64,000 nucleotides of DNA from a virus (IMGVR_UViG_3300022592_000245:1-64000); one strand, 5' to 3'. Shown: positions 8,665 through 18,001, numbered from the stretch's first letter. Numbers and translations are program-made. The notes: generated from the sequence alone by a model not told the origin.

Positions 8665-9773
8665 TGGTACAATTTATAACAAAGCCTAAATCATCGTACG
8701 ACAATCCTGATGAAAAATTATCAAAATTTGCTTGCATGGTTCCATTTAAGCATATTGAAATTCATACACAGGGAAACGTCAGTGCATGTTGCCATACCTG
8801 GTTACCTGTGTGGGTAGGAAATTTACTTAAAGAATCTGCAGAGCAAGTTATAAACAACATTGATCGAAAAGCCATTCAAGACGGAATGCGTTGCGGGTCT
8901 TTTACTAAATGTAATGATCAATGTCCGCAATTAAATTCACTGTTAAATGATAACAAAGATTATTGGGACTTAGTACCGGTTGGCGATTTAGATAACAGAC
9001 TAAAAAAAGCAGCTATGCATGTTGGGTTTAGTTACGATGTAAGTTGTAATTTACAATGTCCTAGTTGCAGAAATAATCTCATTGTTTGGCGCCCAGATGA
9101 TCCAGACGATGCCAACGGGCAGATGATTAAACAGATCCATAACAATGTCAAAGACTTAATAAAAATTCTATTAACACAGCATCCTATAGTTAGTTTAGAT
9201 ATTACAGGTAGCGGTGATGCATTTGCTAGCCCGCTGTATTGGGATTACTTGCTAGAACTAGCTAGTCAACCTATACCTAGCAATCTTCGATTGACTCTTA
9301 AAACTAATGGTGTCATGATGACCGAAGAAAACTTGCTGGCTATTAAACCATTGTGGCCTATTATCACTTATATTGAAGTTAGTGTAGATGCTGCTACAGA
9401 AGACACTTATAAGATTGTTCGTAAGAATGGTAACTTTAAAAAATTAAGACGCAACCTTGATGTACTAGATCAACTAGTAAAGGAAGGTAATTTCCCTGCA
9501 ATGTCAAATTGGCAAACTAACTTTATTGTGCAAAGAGATAACTTCAGAGAACTTAAAGAGTTTGTTGTATGGCAATTAGAATTTAAATCAAAACCTAAAA
9601 TCTGGACTAACTTATTAGCCCAATGGTATCATATGTCCGATGAGCAATTTAATAAAATGGCAATCTGGCAAGACACACATCCTAGTAAATCTGAGCTAAT
9701 AGAAATCTTAAAAGATCCAGTTTTTAAAAGTTCACAATTAAAACTTGGAAATCTTACATCATTGATACCATGA
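8664..9773 (+). CDS. radical SAM enzyme, paralog of the 7375..8664 gene, with the same N-terminal SPASM-like motif
   Basis: CxxxCxxC = CNLQCPSC. N-terminal CMVPFKHIEIHTQGNVSACC…CGSFTKCNDQC parallels the upstream paralog. Confidence 0.7.
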   Translation: MVQFITKPKSSYDNPDEKLSKFACMVPFKHIEIHTQGNVSACCHTWLPVWVGNLLKESAEQVINNIDRKAIQDGMRCGSFTKCNDQCPQLNSLLNDNKDYWDLVPVGDLDNRLKKAAMHVGFSYDVSCNLQCPSCRNNLIVWRPDDPDDANGQMIKQIHNNVKDLIKILLTQHPIVSLDITGSGDAFASPLYWDYLLELASQPIPSNLRLTLKTNGVMMTEENLLAIKPLWPIITYIEVSVDAATEDTYKIVRKNGNFKKLRRNLDVLDQLVKEGNFPAMSNWQTNFIVQRDNFRELKEFVVWQLEFKSKPKIWTNLLAQWYHMSDEQFNKMAIWQDTHPSKSELIEILKDPVFKSSQLKLGNLTSLIP

Positions 9774-10780
9774 CATCCAAGCAAGTAATTTTTAAAATTA
9801 GATTTTTTGGAGGACTAGGTGATTGTTTAAAGATGCTTACAGAACAGACATCTTTATATCAACATTACCAAAAGAATGGATTACTTATATATTGGGTATA
9901 TTCTGATCCAAATATTGTAGAGTTTGTTTATGAGCGTTTTAGAGGATCAAAGATCCTCAATGGTGAATGGGCTTACATTCGAGACTATGATAAAGTTTCA
10001 GACTATAATACCGGACATACAACCACTGTATCGGGAGGTTACCCCGTACATCAAGCATTGTACGACTTGTTGATCCACTTTCCATTTTTTCAATTAGTCG
10101 ATCAAAACACGTTTGCAGTCACGGATGTTCCAGAACTTAATAATTATAGATGTAACAACTATCCATCGTTTTCCGAATCGAGTCAACTAAAAGGTTTATA
10201 TGAAAACGAGCAAGGTGGCTGGAAAATAGAATTAGAAGATGAATGGGTTCATAGTTTGTTAAGCGGTGCTGACTACACTTTTTGCGTACAGCTATCCGGT
10301 AGTAATTCAGCTAAAAAATATGATGCTGCAAACTATGTAAAACTTTTTAAACTAATTCTAGGAAGATATCCATCTTCTAAAATTCTTTTAATTGATAGAC
10401 CAAACTATATAGTTGATCCTACAATATTATTCGATGATCGGATAATTAATTTAGTAGGAAAGGCATCAATGATACAATGTGCTAGGATAATACAAGAAGT
10501 AGATTATCTTATAGCACCAGACTCATACTCTAAATATTTAAGAAAATGGGTCGACAAAAAACAGATAATATTGTGTGCTAAATTAGACTGTCACCCTGAT
10601 CCAAAAAAAATGTTAGAAGATGCGTTTAACATTGTAGGACTTTGTGACAACATACAAGTATCACTATTAGGAGTACAGTATCTTATGAATAACAGTAACA
10701 TCGTAGGTATGGTTTTAAAAATTGTAGACTCCATTAACGATATAAGCCCTGAAGAAATTTTTGATCGGATTAAACTATGA
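9770..10780 (+). CDS. glycosyltransferase family 9 (heptosyltransferase-like)
   Basis: GLGD motif near the N-terminus (FFGGLGDCLKML). C-terminal LVGKASMIQCARIIQEVDYLIAPDSYSKYL matches the GT9 G…sl.el.ali..adl.I..DSG..HL signature. Confidence 0.5.
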   Translation: MTSKQVIFKIRFFGGLGDCLKMLTEQTSLYQHYQKNGLLIYWVYSDPNIVEFVYERFRGSKILNGEWAYIRDYDKVSDYNTGHTTTVSGGYPVHQALYDLLIHFPFFQLVDQNTFAVTDVPELNNYRCNNYPSFSESSQLKGLYENEQGGWKIELEDEWVHSLLSGADYTFCVQLSGSNSAKKYDAANYVKLFKLILGRYPSSKILLIDRPNYIVDPTILFDDRIINLVGKASMIQCARIIQEVDYLIAPDSYSKYLRKWVDKKQIILCAKLDCHPDPKKMLEDAFNIVGLCDNIQVSLLGVQYLMNNSNIVGMVLKIVDSINDISPEEIFDRIKL

Positions 10781-12795
10781 GCAATACTAACAAAGACAGA
10801 GATCAAGTTATTCTAGATCATATATTAGAAAAAGATAAAATTAATCATGCCAATAGTCATTTAGGAAATGTTAATAAAACAAATCCAACATTTGAAATTT
10901 TTAATAGACCATGGGATGCTACTGACAAATACAGAGTTGCCATGGTTATGCTACCAGCATGGGGTATTTTATTTCCGCCATATAATCTAGCTAAACTTAC
11001 AGGTCTAATACGCCATTACGGATACAGTACAAAAACTTATGATTTAAACATCGAGTCGTTTCACGAGATTAAAAAAATAGTCAACGATGACTATTGGAGA
11101 GGTGAAAAATATTTCCTATGGGATCATAAAGAAAATTTTAATGAAAAAATTCTTCCTATTATAAAACCTCTACTTGATAGAGCAATTAATGAGATAGTTG
11201 AGTCCAATCCTAAAGTTATCGGGTTTAGTGTTTATAATACTAATATACATGCTGTTGAATATTTTATCAAAGAATTAAAATCTAGACTACCAGATGCATG
11301 TTACATTGCTGGCGGCCCCGAAACACTTACAGGATCTTCTATTTTTAATTTTCCGTTTAACTACTTTTTTGTAGGAGAAACTGAAGGAACACTAATAGAA
11401 CTATTAGAAAATTTACCTGAAACATATCCGATGGGTGAGAAGATCGGAACTACTGATAGCAAATTACAACTAGAAGCTTTACCATTTCCCGACTACTCTG
11501 ATTACAATTTAACAAGTTATCAACACCCTGACGGTGTAAGTATCGAAACATCAAGAGGATGTGTAGCAGAGTGCAGCTTTTGCGCCGAGACATATTTTTG
11601 GAAATATCGAAGCAGAACACCGGATCGGGTAATAGAAGAAATGGAACACCAAATTAATCAATATGGTGTTAAAAGATTTTGGTTTGTTGATAGTTTAGCA
11701 AACGGCAATATTAATAATTTTAAAAGACTGATAGATTTGGTCTTAGAAAAAAAACTTAAAATCTGGTGGAACAGCTATGTTCGATGTGATGGACGAATGG
11801 ATCGAGCGTTTATTCAAAAAATTAAAGATAGCGGTTGTACTTGTTTAAGCTACGGGGTCGAATCGGGAAGCCAAAAAGTACTTCTTGATATGCGTAAAAA
11901 AATTGAAATTTGGGAAATCGAAAACAATCTTCGTGACGGGGCAGAAGTTGGTTTGTTTAATCACGTGAATTGGATTGTTGGATTTCCAACAGAAGAACCT
12001 ATAGACTTTTTGCATAGTTTACAACTAATTGCCAATGCTAGAAAACACATCGGAGCCATTAGTCCAGGGTTCGGTGCCGGACCTGCTAAAGCAAGTCATA
12101 TGGACACCGATTGGAAAATTTATAAAATGGTTGGAGATCGGTTCCCAGGTGAACAGCCATTCTTAGGTGCATGGTACACTGAAGATTTTAAAAACACAGT
12201 GTTACACCGGTTTATAAGAATTAAACTGTTTCATAGTTGGTTAGATATTTTAGAAAGACATGCCGGTTCAGTTATATTGAATAGCCAAAAATATTCAAGC
12301 GTTGATACCTTTTATAAATTTTCAAGATCAGCTAATGCTCCAGAATATTGCAATTATGACCAATTTGTAAATTTAAACCAGTTTAATGATAATATGGGCA
12401 TTGCTAATGAGTATCTTGCAATAGCATATGCAGCATATTTGTATTTTGGCGAGATTAACCTGTCTATAAATTTTGATCCTGCTAAAGATTTGCCAGCGTT
12501 CGGGACATGGTTAGCAAATGACTATACTGCTTCTTTTAATATATCAATTAAAGCAGACGGATCTTATACATTAACGTTAGCACATAAATTTAATCATAGA
12601 GCATTAGACGAAAATAAAGCCAAAGTGATAGAATGGGAGAATACCATGTATGATAAATCTTTTGAAGAAACAATAGTTAAATCTGGAAATATCTCAGATT
12701 GGATTTCTGATCAAGTCCAAATTAAGGAAACTGTTCACGAAAAATATCGAAATAAGTCCAAAAAAGTTATTAAAATTGAAATCGATAACAGTTGA
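10777..12795 (+). CDS. B12-binding-domain radical SAM enzyme (class B rSAM, methyltransferase-like)
   Basis: N-terminal Rossmann-like cobalamin-binding region (VIGFSVYNTNIHAVEYFIKELKSR…IAGGPE). rSAM motif CVAECSFC (ETSRGCVAECSFCAETYFW). Confidence 0.75.
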   Translation: MSNTNKDRDQVILDHILEKDKINHANSHLGNVNKTNPTFEIFNRPWDATDKYRVAMVMLPAWGILFPPYNLAKLTGLIRHYGYSTKTYDLNIESFHEIKKIVNDDYWRGEKYFLWDHKENFNEKILPIIKPLLDRAINEIVESNPKVIGFSVYNTNIHAVEYFIKELKSRLPDACYIAGGPETLTGSSIFNFPFNYFFVGETEGTLIELLENLPETYPMGEKIGTTDSKLQLEALPFPDYSDYNLTSYQHPDGVSIETSRGCVAECSFCAETYFWKYRSRTPDRVIEEMEHQINQYGVKRFWFVDSLANGNINNFKRLIDLVLEKKLKIWWNSYVRCDGRMDRAFIQKIKDSGCTCLSYGVESGSQKVLLDMRKKIEIWEIENNLRDGAEVGLFNHVNWIVGFPTEEPIDFLHSLQLIANARKHIGAISPGFGAGPAKASHMDTDWKIYKMVGDRFPGEQPFLGAWYTEDFKNTVLHRFIRIKLFHSWLDILERHAGSVILNSQKYSSVDTFYKFSRSANAPEYCNYDQFVNLNQFNDNMGIANEYLAIAYAAYLYFGEINLSINFDPAKDLPAFGTWLANDYTASFNISIKADGSYTLTLAHKFNHRALDENKAKVIEWENTMYDKSFEETIVKSGNISDWISDQVQIKETVHEKYRNKSKKVIKIEIDNS

Positions 12796-12820
12796 CTTTT
12801 AACATTTCTTTTAGTATATT
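12792..12820 (+). promoter_or_regulatory. sigma70-like promoter TTGACT-17-TATATT
   Basis: TTGACT at 12792-12797, 17-nt spacer, TATATT at 12815-12820, upstream of the 12855 start. Confidence 0.45.
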
Positions 12821-12854
12821 ACATACATATTGTTTAACAATAGGAATAACATAA

Positions 12855-14054
12855 ATGGCTAAAACAGCAACTAAAACTAGAGTAACAAAGAAACAGGTTA
12901 TCGCGCATCGCACTCGTGCAGTAAAGGACACTAGTCCGAGTTGGGAAGGTTGTGAAACTTGGGACGGGGATCAGTTTCATCGATATTTTGTAAATGCAAT
13001 GACTTACTATCGTTTAGAGTCTGATATTAAAACTTACAAACCAGCAGTTGCTAAATGGATGGAATCAGTTGGCTGTACCAAAGCTGACATCACAGCGTTT
13101 AAAAAAGTTAAAGATAGCCGTGTTAACACTACAATGGGTGCTGTTGCTTGTTGTTTAAATCGAGGTATGCAGGCACAGCGTCCTGACTTCAACAAAGGGC
13201 GTGACACCGCGGCCTGGTTGAGAGAAGAGATTGTTAAGGTTATTGCAGAAGGCAAAAACGATATTGATCCAGACGAAGCTAAGGCAATCGAAGCAGCAAA
13301 GCCTGCTGTTTATACTCCTTCAATTCAAGAGCGTGTCAAAGAAGCTGCTTACAAAATGACTGATGAGATCGAAAACGCAATTGAAAGTTTTCAAACTGAT
13401 CCAGATGCATTTGACCCGAAAGCATTTAAGGTACTTAATTTACTTAAAGCCGTTGATGCAAAGGCAGCACACACTAGAATTATTAAAAGCTTCTACGAGC
13501 GTGATTTAGCTGAACTTGAAGAAGCAGCTACCAAGGACGCAGATGAGCAGCTTAAAGAAGCTTATAGCCACCTTAGTAAAGCTAATTTAAAGAAGATTAC
13601 GCAGTTCTATCAAGAAATTATGAGTGCTTGCGAAATGCTTGCACAAGAAGCTAAAGTTAATCGTGCTCCACGTAAAACAAAAGCAGTAAGTAAAGATAAG
13701 CTAGTTGCTAAACTCAAATACCTAAAAACTTTTGAGCCATTAAAACTAGTTAGCGTTAATCCAACAGATGTAATTGGTTCAAAAGAATTGTGGATTTATA
13801 ATACTAAAACACGTAAGCTCGGAAAGTATGTTGCCGCAGAGTTTCAAGACTTGGGCATTAAAGGTACTACAATCGTTGGATTTAACGAGCATACTAGTAT
13901 TCAGAAAACAATTCGTAAACCAGAAGAAAAGCTCAAAGAATTTAAAGCTGCGGGTAAAGTACAGCTACGTAAATTCTTAGAAGACATTAATGCAACCGAT
14001 ACTAAAATGAACGGACGCATTAACGAAGATACAATCCTGCTCAAAATAGCTTAA
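12855..14054 (+). CDS. hypothetical protein (399 aa), coiled-coil rich. Possibly scaffold or internal protein
   Basis: Long ORF with helical, K/E/A-rich composition. No catalytic motif. Confidence 0.45.
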   Translation: MAKTATKTRVTKKQVIAHRTRAVKDTSPSWEGCETWDGDQFHRYFVNAMTYYRLESDIKTYKPAVAKWMESVGCTKADITAFKKVKDSRVNTTMGAVACCLNRGMQAQRPDFNKGRDTAAWLREEIVKVIAEGKNDIDPDEAKAIEAAKPAVYTPSIQERVKEAAYKMTDEIENAIESFQTDPDAFDPKAFKVLNLLKAVDAKAAHTRIIKSFYERDLAELEEAATKDADEQLKEAYSHLSKANLKKITQFYQEIMSACEMLAQEAKVNRAPRKTKAVSKDKLVAKLKYLKTFEPLKLVSVNPTDVIGSKELWIYNTKTRKLGKYVAAEFQDLGIKGTTIVGFNEHTSIQKTIRKPEEKLKEFKAAGKVQLRKFLEDINATDTKMNGRINEDTILLKIA

Positions 14055-14073
14055 ATAGTCGGTTTTCAGGTAA

Positions 14074-14104
14074 CTCTCGTGCTAAGATAAATACAGCACG
14101 AGAG
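14074..14104 (+). terminator. 10-bp perfect stem hairpin (CTCTCGTGCT-11 nt-AGCACGAGAG), intergenic
   Basis: Perfect inverted repeat between the stop at 14054 and the start at 14112. No T-tract follows, so it may be a processing or regulatory hairpin rather than an intrinsic terminator. Confidence 0.35.
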
Positions 14105-14111
14105 ACCTATT

Positions 14112-15575
14112 ATGACCCAACTATTCACTATTCTAAACGATAAAATCGTAATTGACAAACTAGCCCTAACAACATTAGAAGGCGACGTAACTCATACTGG
14201 TAGTTTAACAACAGATACAATTACTGTTGATACACTTACTGTTAATAATCTAGTAACAAAACACAAAAACTCAACTGATGTAGGTAACTGGACTGCTAAC
14301 TTAGAAGCAGATATTACTGGCAAAGGATTGGATTGGACTTGGGGACAAGGTAGTTATAAATTCATTTACAGAGACGGTGGGCGTCTTTGGTCCAATGCTG
14401 ATATTGATTTAAGCACAGATAATTCTTATAAAATCGATAACGTTGCTGTACTAAGTGCCGGAGCATTAGGTTCTACAATTACAAAAAGTAATTTAAGACA
14501 AGTTGGCGCATTAAACAGTCTTACAGTGCTAGGTGAAGCAAGTCTAGGTCAGTTTGCTTTTTTTAGTAGTAACTTAGGACGTATTGGTATTAACACAGAA
14601 AGTCCTAATGGTTCTTTAGCTATTGTTGAAAATGATGTAGAGTTTATTGCTGGTAGTTCACGTGTAGGCAGTGCAGATGTTGGTACATACAGCAATGCCG
14701 ATCTTAATATTATTACAGACAACACTGCAAGAATTGTTGTTAAGAATAACGGAGATGTTGTCTTTGGCAACGAAGTAAGTAAAACTGCCAATGTTACTAT
14801 CTATGGAACCTTAAACGTTGAAACTATTATCTCAGATACACGAGTTGATCGTTATAACTCATTAGAGTTTAAATCAACCAAAGATTCTAACATTTACAAT
14901 AAAGGTTTAGAATGGACAGGTACCGGACCAACTAGACATTTAGTTATGGCTAGCAATCCAGATAGACTTTGGACTAGCGAATCTTTTGATTTGGACAATG
15001 GGCAATCATATTACATTGGAGGTAGTCCAGTTCTTTCTGCCACTGCACTAGGTGCAAATGTAGTTACATCTAGCTTAACTAAATTAGGAAATCTCGAATC
15101 ATTAACTGTTGTCGGTCCTGCAAACTTTACAAACGAATTAAATATCGACACAGCAAAATTCAAAACTGCTATTTTTAATGATCGTCTTAACAGTGTAAAT
15201 ATTGCTAGTACCGGAATAAGTTCTACTAGTAACATTTCTGTTCTAGTATCACAAGACGAAGTCTTTTACGCTGATGTTAATCAAGTTAACATTGGCAATA
15301 AAGATAATGTTCGTAGACCTGTTAAGGTTTATGGTCCATTGTCGATTGGGGTCAATAATCCTGACCCTAATTTTGATTTAACAGTCAAAGGCAATGTTAG
15401 TTTTGCTGATAAAAAGTTTATTACTGGTAATGTAGCACCTACACAAGGTACATTCAGTAAGGGCGATGTTTGTTGGAATAATCAGCCACAAAGCGGTAGC
15501 TATATTGGATGGGTATGTGTTACAGAAGGCGCACCCGGATTATGGTTACCATTTGGACTGATTACTTCACAATGA
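14112..15575 (+). CDS. virion structural protein, tail-fibre-like
   Basis: Ser/Thr/Asn/Gly-rich with short repeated beta-type segments (LSAGALGSTITKSNL… / LSATALGANVVTSSL…). Confidence 0.45.
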   Translation: MTQLFTILNDKIVIDKLALTTLEGDVTHTGSLTTDTITVDTLTVNNLVTKHKNSTDVGNWTANLEADITGKGLDWTWGQGSYKFIYRDGGRLWSNADIDLSTDNSYKIDNVAVLSAGALGSTITKSNLRQVGALNSLTVLGEASLGQFAFFSSNLGRIGINTESPNGSLAIVENDVEFIAGSSRVGSADVGTYSNADLNIITDNTARIVVKNNGDVVFGNEVSKTANVTIYGTLNVETIISDTRVDRYNSLEFKSTKDSNIYNKGLEWTGTGPTRHLVMASNPDRLWTSESFDLDNGQSYYIGGSPVLSATALGANVVTSSLTKLGNLESLTVVGPANFTNELNIDTAKFKTAIFNDRLNSVNIASTGISSTSNISVLVSQDEVFYADVNQVNIGNKDNVRRPVKVYGPLSIGVNNPDPNFDLTVKGNVSFADKKFITGNVAPTQGTFSKGDVCWNNQPQSGSYIGWVCVTEGAPGLWLPFGLITSQ

Positions 15576-15928
15576 ACTCACATATAAACAACTTTTTTGA
15601 ACATCATAATAGGCAAATTGAAAAACTTAACAACCAAAGACGATACTGGCTTTACGCAAGTTCTGTAGTTTCAATCGGAATTATTTTTTTAATTTTTGGT
15701 TGGGGGTGGATTGATCAGCTACATTCTGCACCACTATGGTGGGTAATTGCATCTTCGATGCTTATTATCTCAGCTAACTGGTGGTACTGGACTATGAAAG
15801 TTATTCGAATTATTTTAACACACCAACAAGCCGAATATCATTTACTACAAGGTATCCTAATTGAATTGAATGAATTTAAAAACGATATTAAGCCATTGGC
15901 AAATCGTAATGTTGACAAGTCTAAATAA
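15572..15928 (+). CDS. small integral membrane protein
   Basis: The track ORF starts at 15509, inside the upstream gene. ATG 15572 overlaps the upstream stop (ATGA). Two TM helices. Confidence 0.4.
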   Translation: MNSHINNFFEHHNRQIEKLNNQRRYWLYASSVVSIGIIFLIFGWGWIDQLHSAPLWWVIASSMLIISANWWYWTMKVIRIILTHQQAEYHLLQGILIELNEFKNDIKPLANRNVDKSK

Positions 15929-15939
15929 ATCTATATAAT
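15912..15939 (+). promoter_or_regulatory. sigma70-like promoter TTGACA-16-TATAAT
   Basis: TTGACA at 15912-15917, TATAAT at 15934-15939, upstream of the queD-like gene. Confidence 0.35.
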
Positions 15940-16029
15940 TACTATATTAAGGCATTATATAGGCAATAGAGGACTTTAGACGCTCATCCCTCGTTAAAAA
16001 TTCTGCGTGTCATCTATTAGGATATTAAG

Positions 16030-16578
16030 ATGACTTGGATAATTGATAAAACTTTTGAATTCTGTTATGGACACAGAGTTCATACACAAACACTAAATGG
16101 TGAATATGCAGCAGACTTAAAGTGTGCTTGCAGACATTTACACGGACACGAAGGCAAAATGCAGGTACATTTAACTGCGCCAACGTTAGACAATACAGGT
16201 ATGGTTACCGATTTTAGACATTTAGAATGGCTAAAGAAGTGGATCAACACTTATATTGACCATCAATTTATTATTGATAAAAACGATCCCCTATATGGAA
16301 AAATTATTGGGGATAGGGGCCTTGTTCCTGTTTATGTTCCAGATACTAATCACTGTGCTGGGTGGCATTTGGATCTATCGGGACTTGAAGCAAACACTCC
16401 AGAATATGAATATTTCGAAGGATTCATGGTTGTGGACTTTGTTCCAACAAGTGAAAAACTATCCGAATGGATGGCAGAACTTGTTGAAGCTAAAATGAAA
16501 AAGCTCAACGTACAAGTTGAAAGCATTGAATGGTGGGAAACTCCGAAGAGTCGTTCGGTGTTTTATACGGATAGATAA
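16030..16578 (+). CDS. queD: 6-pyruvoyl-tetrahydropterin synthase family (QueD-like 6-carboxy-tetrahydropterin synthase)
   Basis: CxxxHGH zinc motif (CRHLHGH). N-terminal FEFCYGHRVH. PTPS-like length. Confidence 0.7.
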   Translation: MTWIIDKTFEFCYGHRVHTQTLNGEYAADLKCACRHLHGHEGKMQVHLTAPTLDNTGMVTDFRHLEWLKKWINTYIDHQFIIDKNDPLYGKIIGDRGLVPVYVPDTNHCAGWHLDLSGLEANTPEYEYFEGFMVVDFVPTSEKLSEWMAELVEAKMKKLNVQVESIEWWETPKSRSVFYTDR

Positions 16579-16709
16579 TGATCGACAAAGATTGGTTAGA
16601 AAGAATTGTAATTGCTTACAAAGTATATCCTTACCCAAGTAAGGAAATAGAAGCATTTATCACTTGGTTATACAAGCAGTACGGTATAGTCCAAAATGAT
16701 AAAGAATAA
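16578..16709 (+). CDS. small ORF (43 aa), unannotated
   Basis: taATGa overlap with the queD stop. MIDKDWLERIVIAYKVYPYPSKEIEAFITWLYKQYGIVQNDKE. Confidence 0.25.
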   Translation: MIDKDWLERIVIAYKVYPYPSKEIEAFITWLYKQYGIVQNDKE

Positions 16710-16860
16710 GTATTGGAAACTTTGGGCTAAAGCATTAGGCGAAAAATCAGGCAAAACGGACGAGGAATCGGACCGTATTGCTTGCATTCGGACTGCAATT
16801 GTGTTAACATACGTTATAACAAATTTTTTTATAATCGCAGGCGTCATAAGGCATTGGTAA
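16696..16860 (+). CDS. small membrane ORF (54 aa), unannotated
   Basis: MIKNKYWKLWAKALGEKSGKTDEESDRIACIRTAIVLTYVITNFFIIAGVIRHW. Its stop overlaps the uvdE ATG (taATGg). Confidence 0.25.
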   Translation: MIKNKYWKLWAKALGEKSGKTDEESDRIACIRTAIVLTYVITNFFIIAGVIRHW

Positions 16861-17879
16861 TGGGCAAAATAGGTTTCGCATGTAAGTGGATTGACTTTCC
16901 TCATCAAACTGACGGCATTAAAGCCGACGATGATGCAAAACAATATAACACCGGCACTACGACGGTTGCTTGGTTAAATAGACAATCAAGAGATGTAGCG
17001 GAGCAAAAGTTATGGGACCTAATGGTAGGCAATATCGAAGCAACAAGAAAGCTGGTGGAACGTGTCAGCACACTTGATCCTGCTCTTCGGATGGTTAGGC
17101 TTAGCAGCGACATTCTGCCTGTTTATACTCACGAGTCTTTTGCTGATTATTGGCGCGAACCTTCTGTTATATCATACGCCGAAACCCACTTCAAGAGAGT
17201 GGGTGATATTGCTCGCGATAGCGGTGTTCGACTTAGTATGCATCCTGGGCAGTTTACAGTTTTGGCAAGTGATAACCCAGGCATTGTCCAGCGTTCGATA
17301 GAGGAGTTTGAGTATCATGCAGATATGGCACGGTGGATGGGCTACGGCAAATCCTTCCAAGATTTTAAGATTAACGTCCATATCTCAGGTAAACAAGGTC
17401 CCGAAGGTATCCGACGTGCGTATCAACGACTATCGCCCGAAGCCCGCAACTGTATTACAATTGAAAACGAAGAAAATAGCTGGGGTTTAGATGATTGCTT
17501 GTCTCTTATGGATTTGGTTCCTATCGTCCTTGATATTCATCACCACTGGATTCGGGAAGGTGTTTACATCCAACCAGACGACCCTGCGGTTAGAAAAGTT
17601 GTGGATAGCTGGCGCGGTATGCGTCCTACTTGCCACTATTCTGTCAGTCGTGAAGATGTACTTGTGGGCCATACACCCGATGTGGCACCAGATCATTCAG
17701 CCTTACTTTTAGAAGGCTACAAAAAGCAAAAGCTCAGAGCACACTCTGACTTTTATTGGAATAAGGAAGTTAATAATTGGGCAATAAGTTTTCTAAACCA
17801 GTTCGACATAATGTGCGAAAGCAAGGGCAAAAACCTCGCCAGCATGGAACTGTACAAAAGCTCTCTAGAGAGCAACTGA
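16860..17879 (+). CDS. uvdE: UV DNA damage endonuclease (UvdE/UVDE family)
   Basis: MGKIGFACKW start. RLSMHPGQFTVLASDNPGIVQRSIEEFEYHADMARWMG and NCITIENEENSWG match the UvsE/UVDE conserved blocks (RLSMHPGQY…, LALENDE). The track's 16782 start is upstream read-through. Confidence 0.7.
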   Translation: MGKIGFACKWIDFPHQTDGIKADDDAKQYNTGTTTVAWLNRQSRDVAEQKLWDLMVGNIEATRKLVERVSTLDPALRMVRLSSDILPVYTHESFADYWREPSVISYAETHFKRVGDIARDSGVRLSMHPGQFTVLASDNPGIVQRSIEEFEYHADMARWMGYGKSFQDFKINVHISGKQGPEGIRRAYQRLSPEARNCITIENEENSWGLDDCLSLMDLVPIVLDIHHHWIREGVYIQPDDPAVRKVVDSWRGMRPTCHYSVSREDVLVGHTPDVAPDHSALLLEGYKKQKLRAHSDFYWNKEVNNWAISFLNQFDIMCESKGKNLASMELYKSSLESN

Positions 17880-18001
17880 TATTTCGTATAGAGTCTTTGC
17901 GTGAAGAACTAGAGGAAAACCCTGAGTGGGATGAAAAGCGTAAACTAGATACGCAAAAAAAGATACAAGAATTTATTCAGCAGTTAGATAAATTCCATTA
18001 A
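17777..18001 (+). CDS. hypothetical basic protein (74 aa) overlapping the uvdE 3' end. Questionable
   Basis: ORF only. Overlaps uvdE by about 100 nt in another frame. Confidence 0.2.
   Translation: MGNKFSKPVRHNVRKQGQKPRQHGTVQKLSREQLIFRIESLREELEENPEWDEKRKLDTQKKIQEFIQQLDKFH

Noticed and set aside
16668-16943. - strand 91-aa ORF between queD and uvdE
   Set aside because: The region is better explained by two + strand small ORFs with start/stop coupling and by the uvdE N-terminus. The minus ORF overlaps the uvdE start.
17777-18001. Possible frameshifted extension of uvdE
   Set aside because: The uvdE C-terminus (…DIMCESKGKNLAS…) aligns to the end of UVDE proteins, so a frameshift is not needed. 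The 74-aa overlapping ORF is kept only at low confidence.
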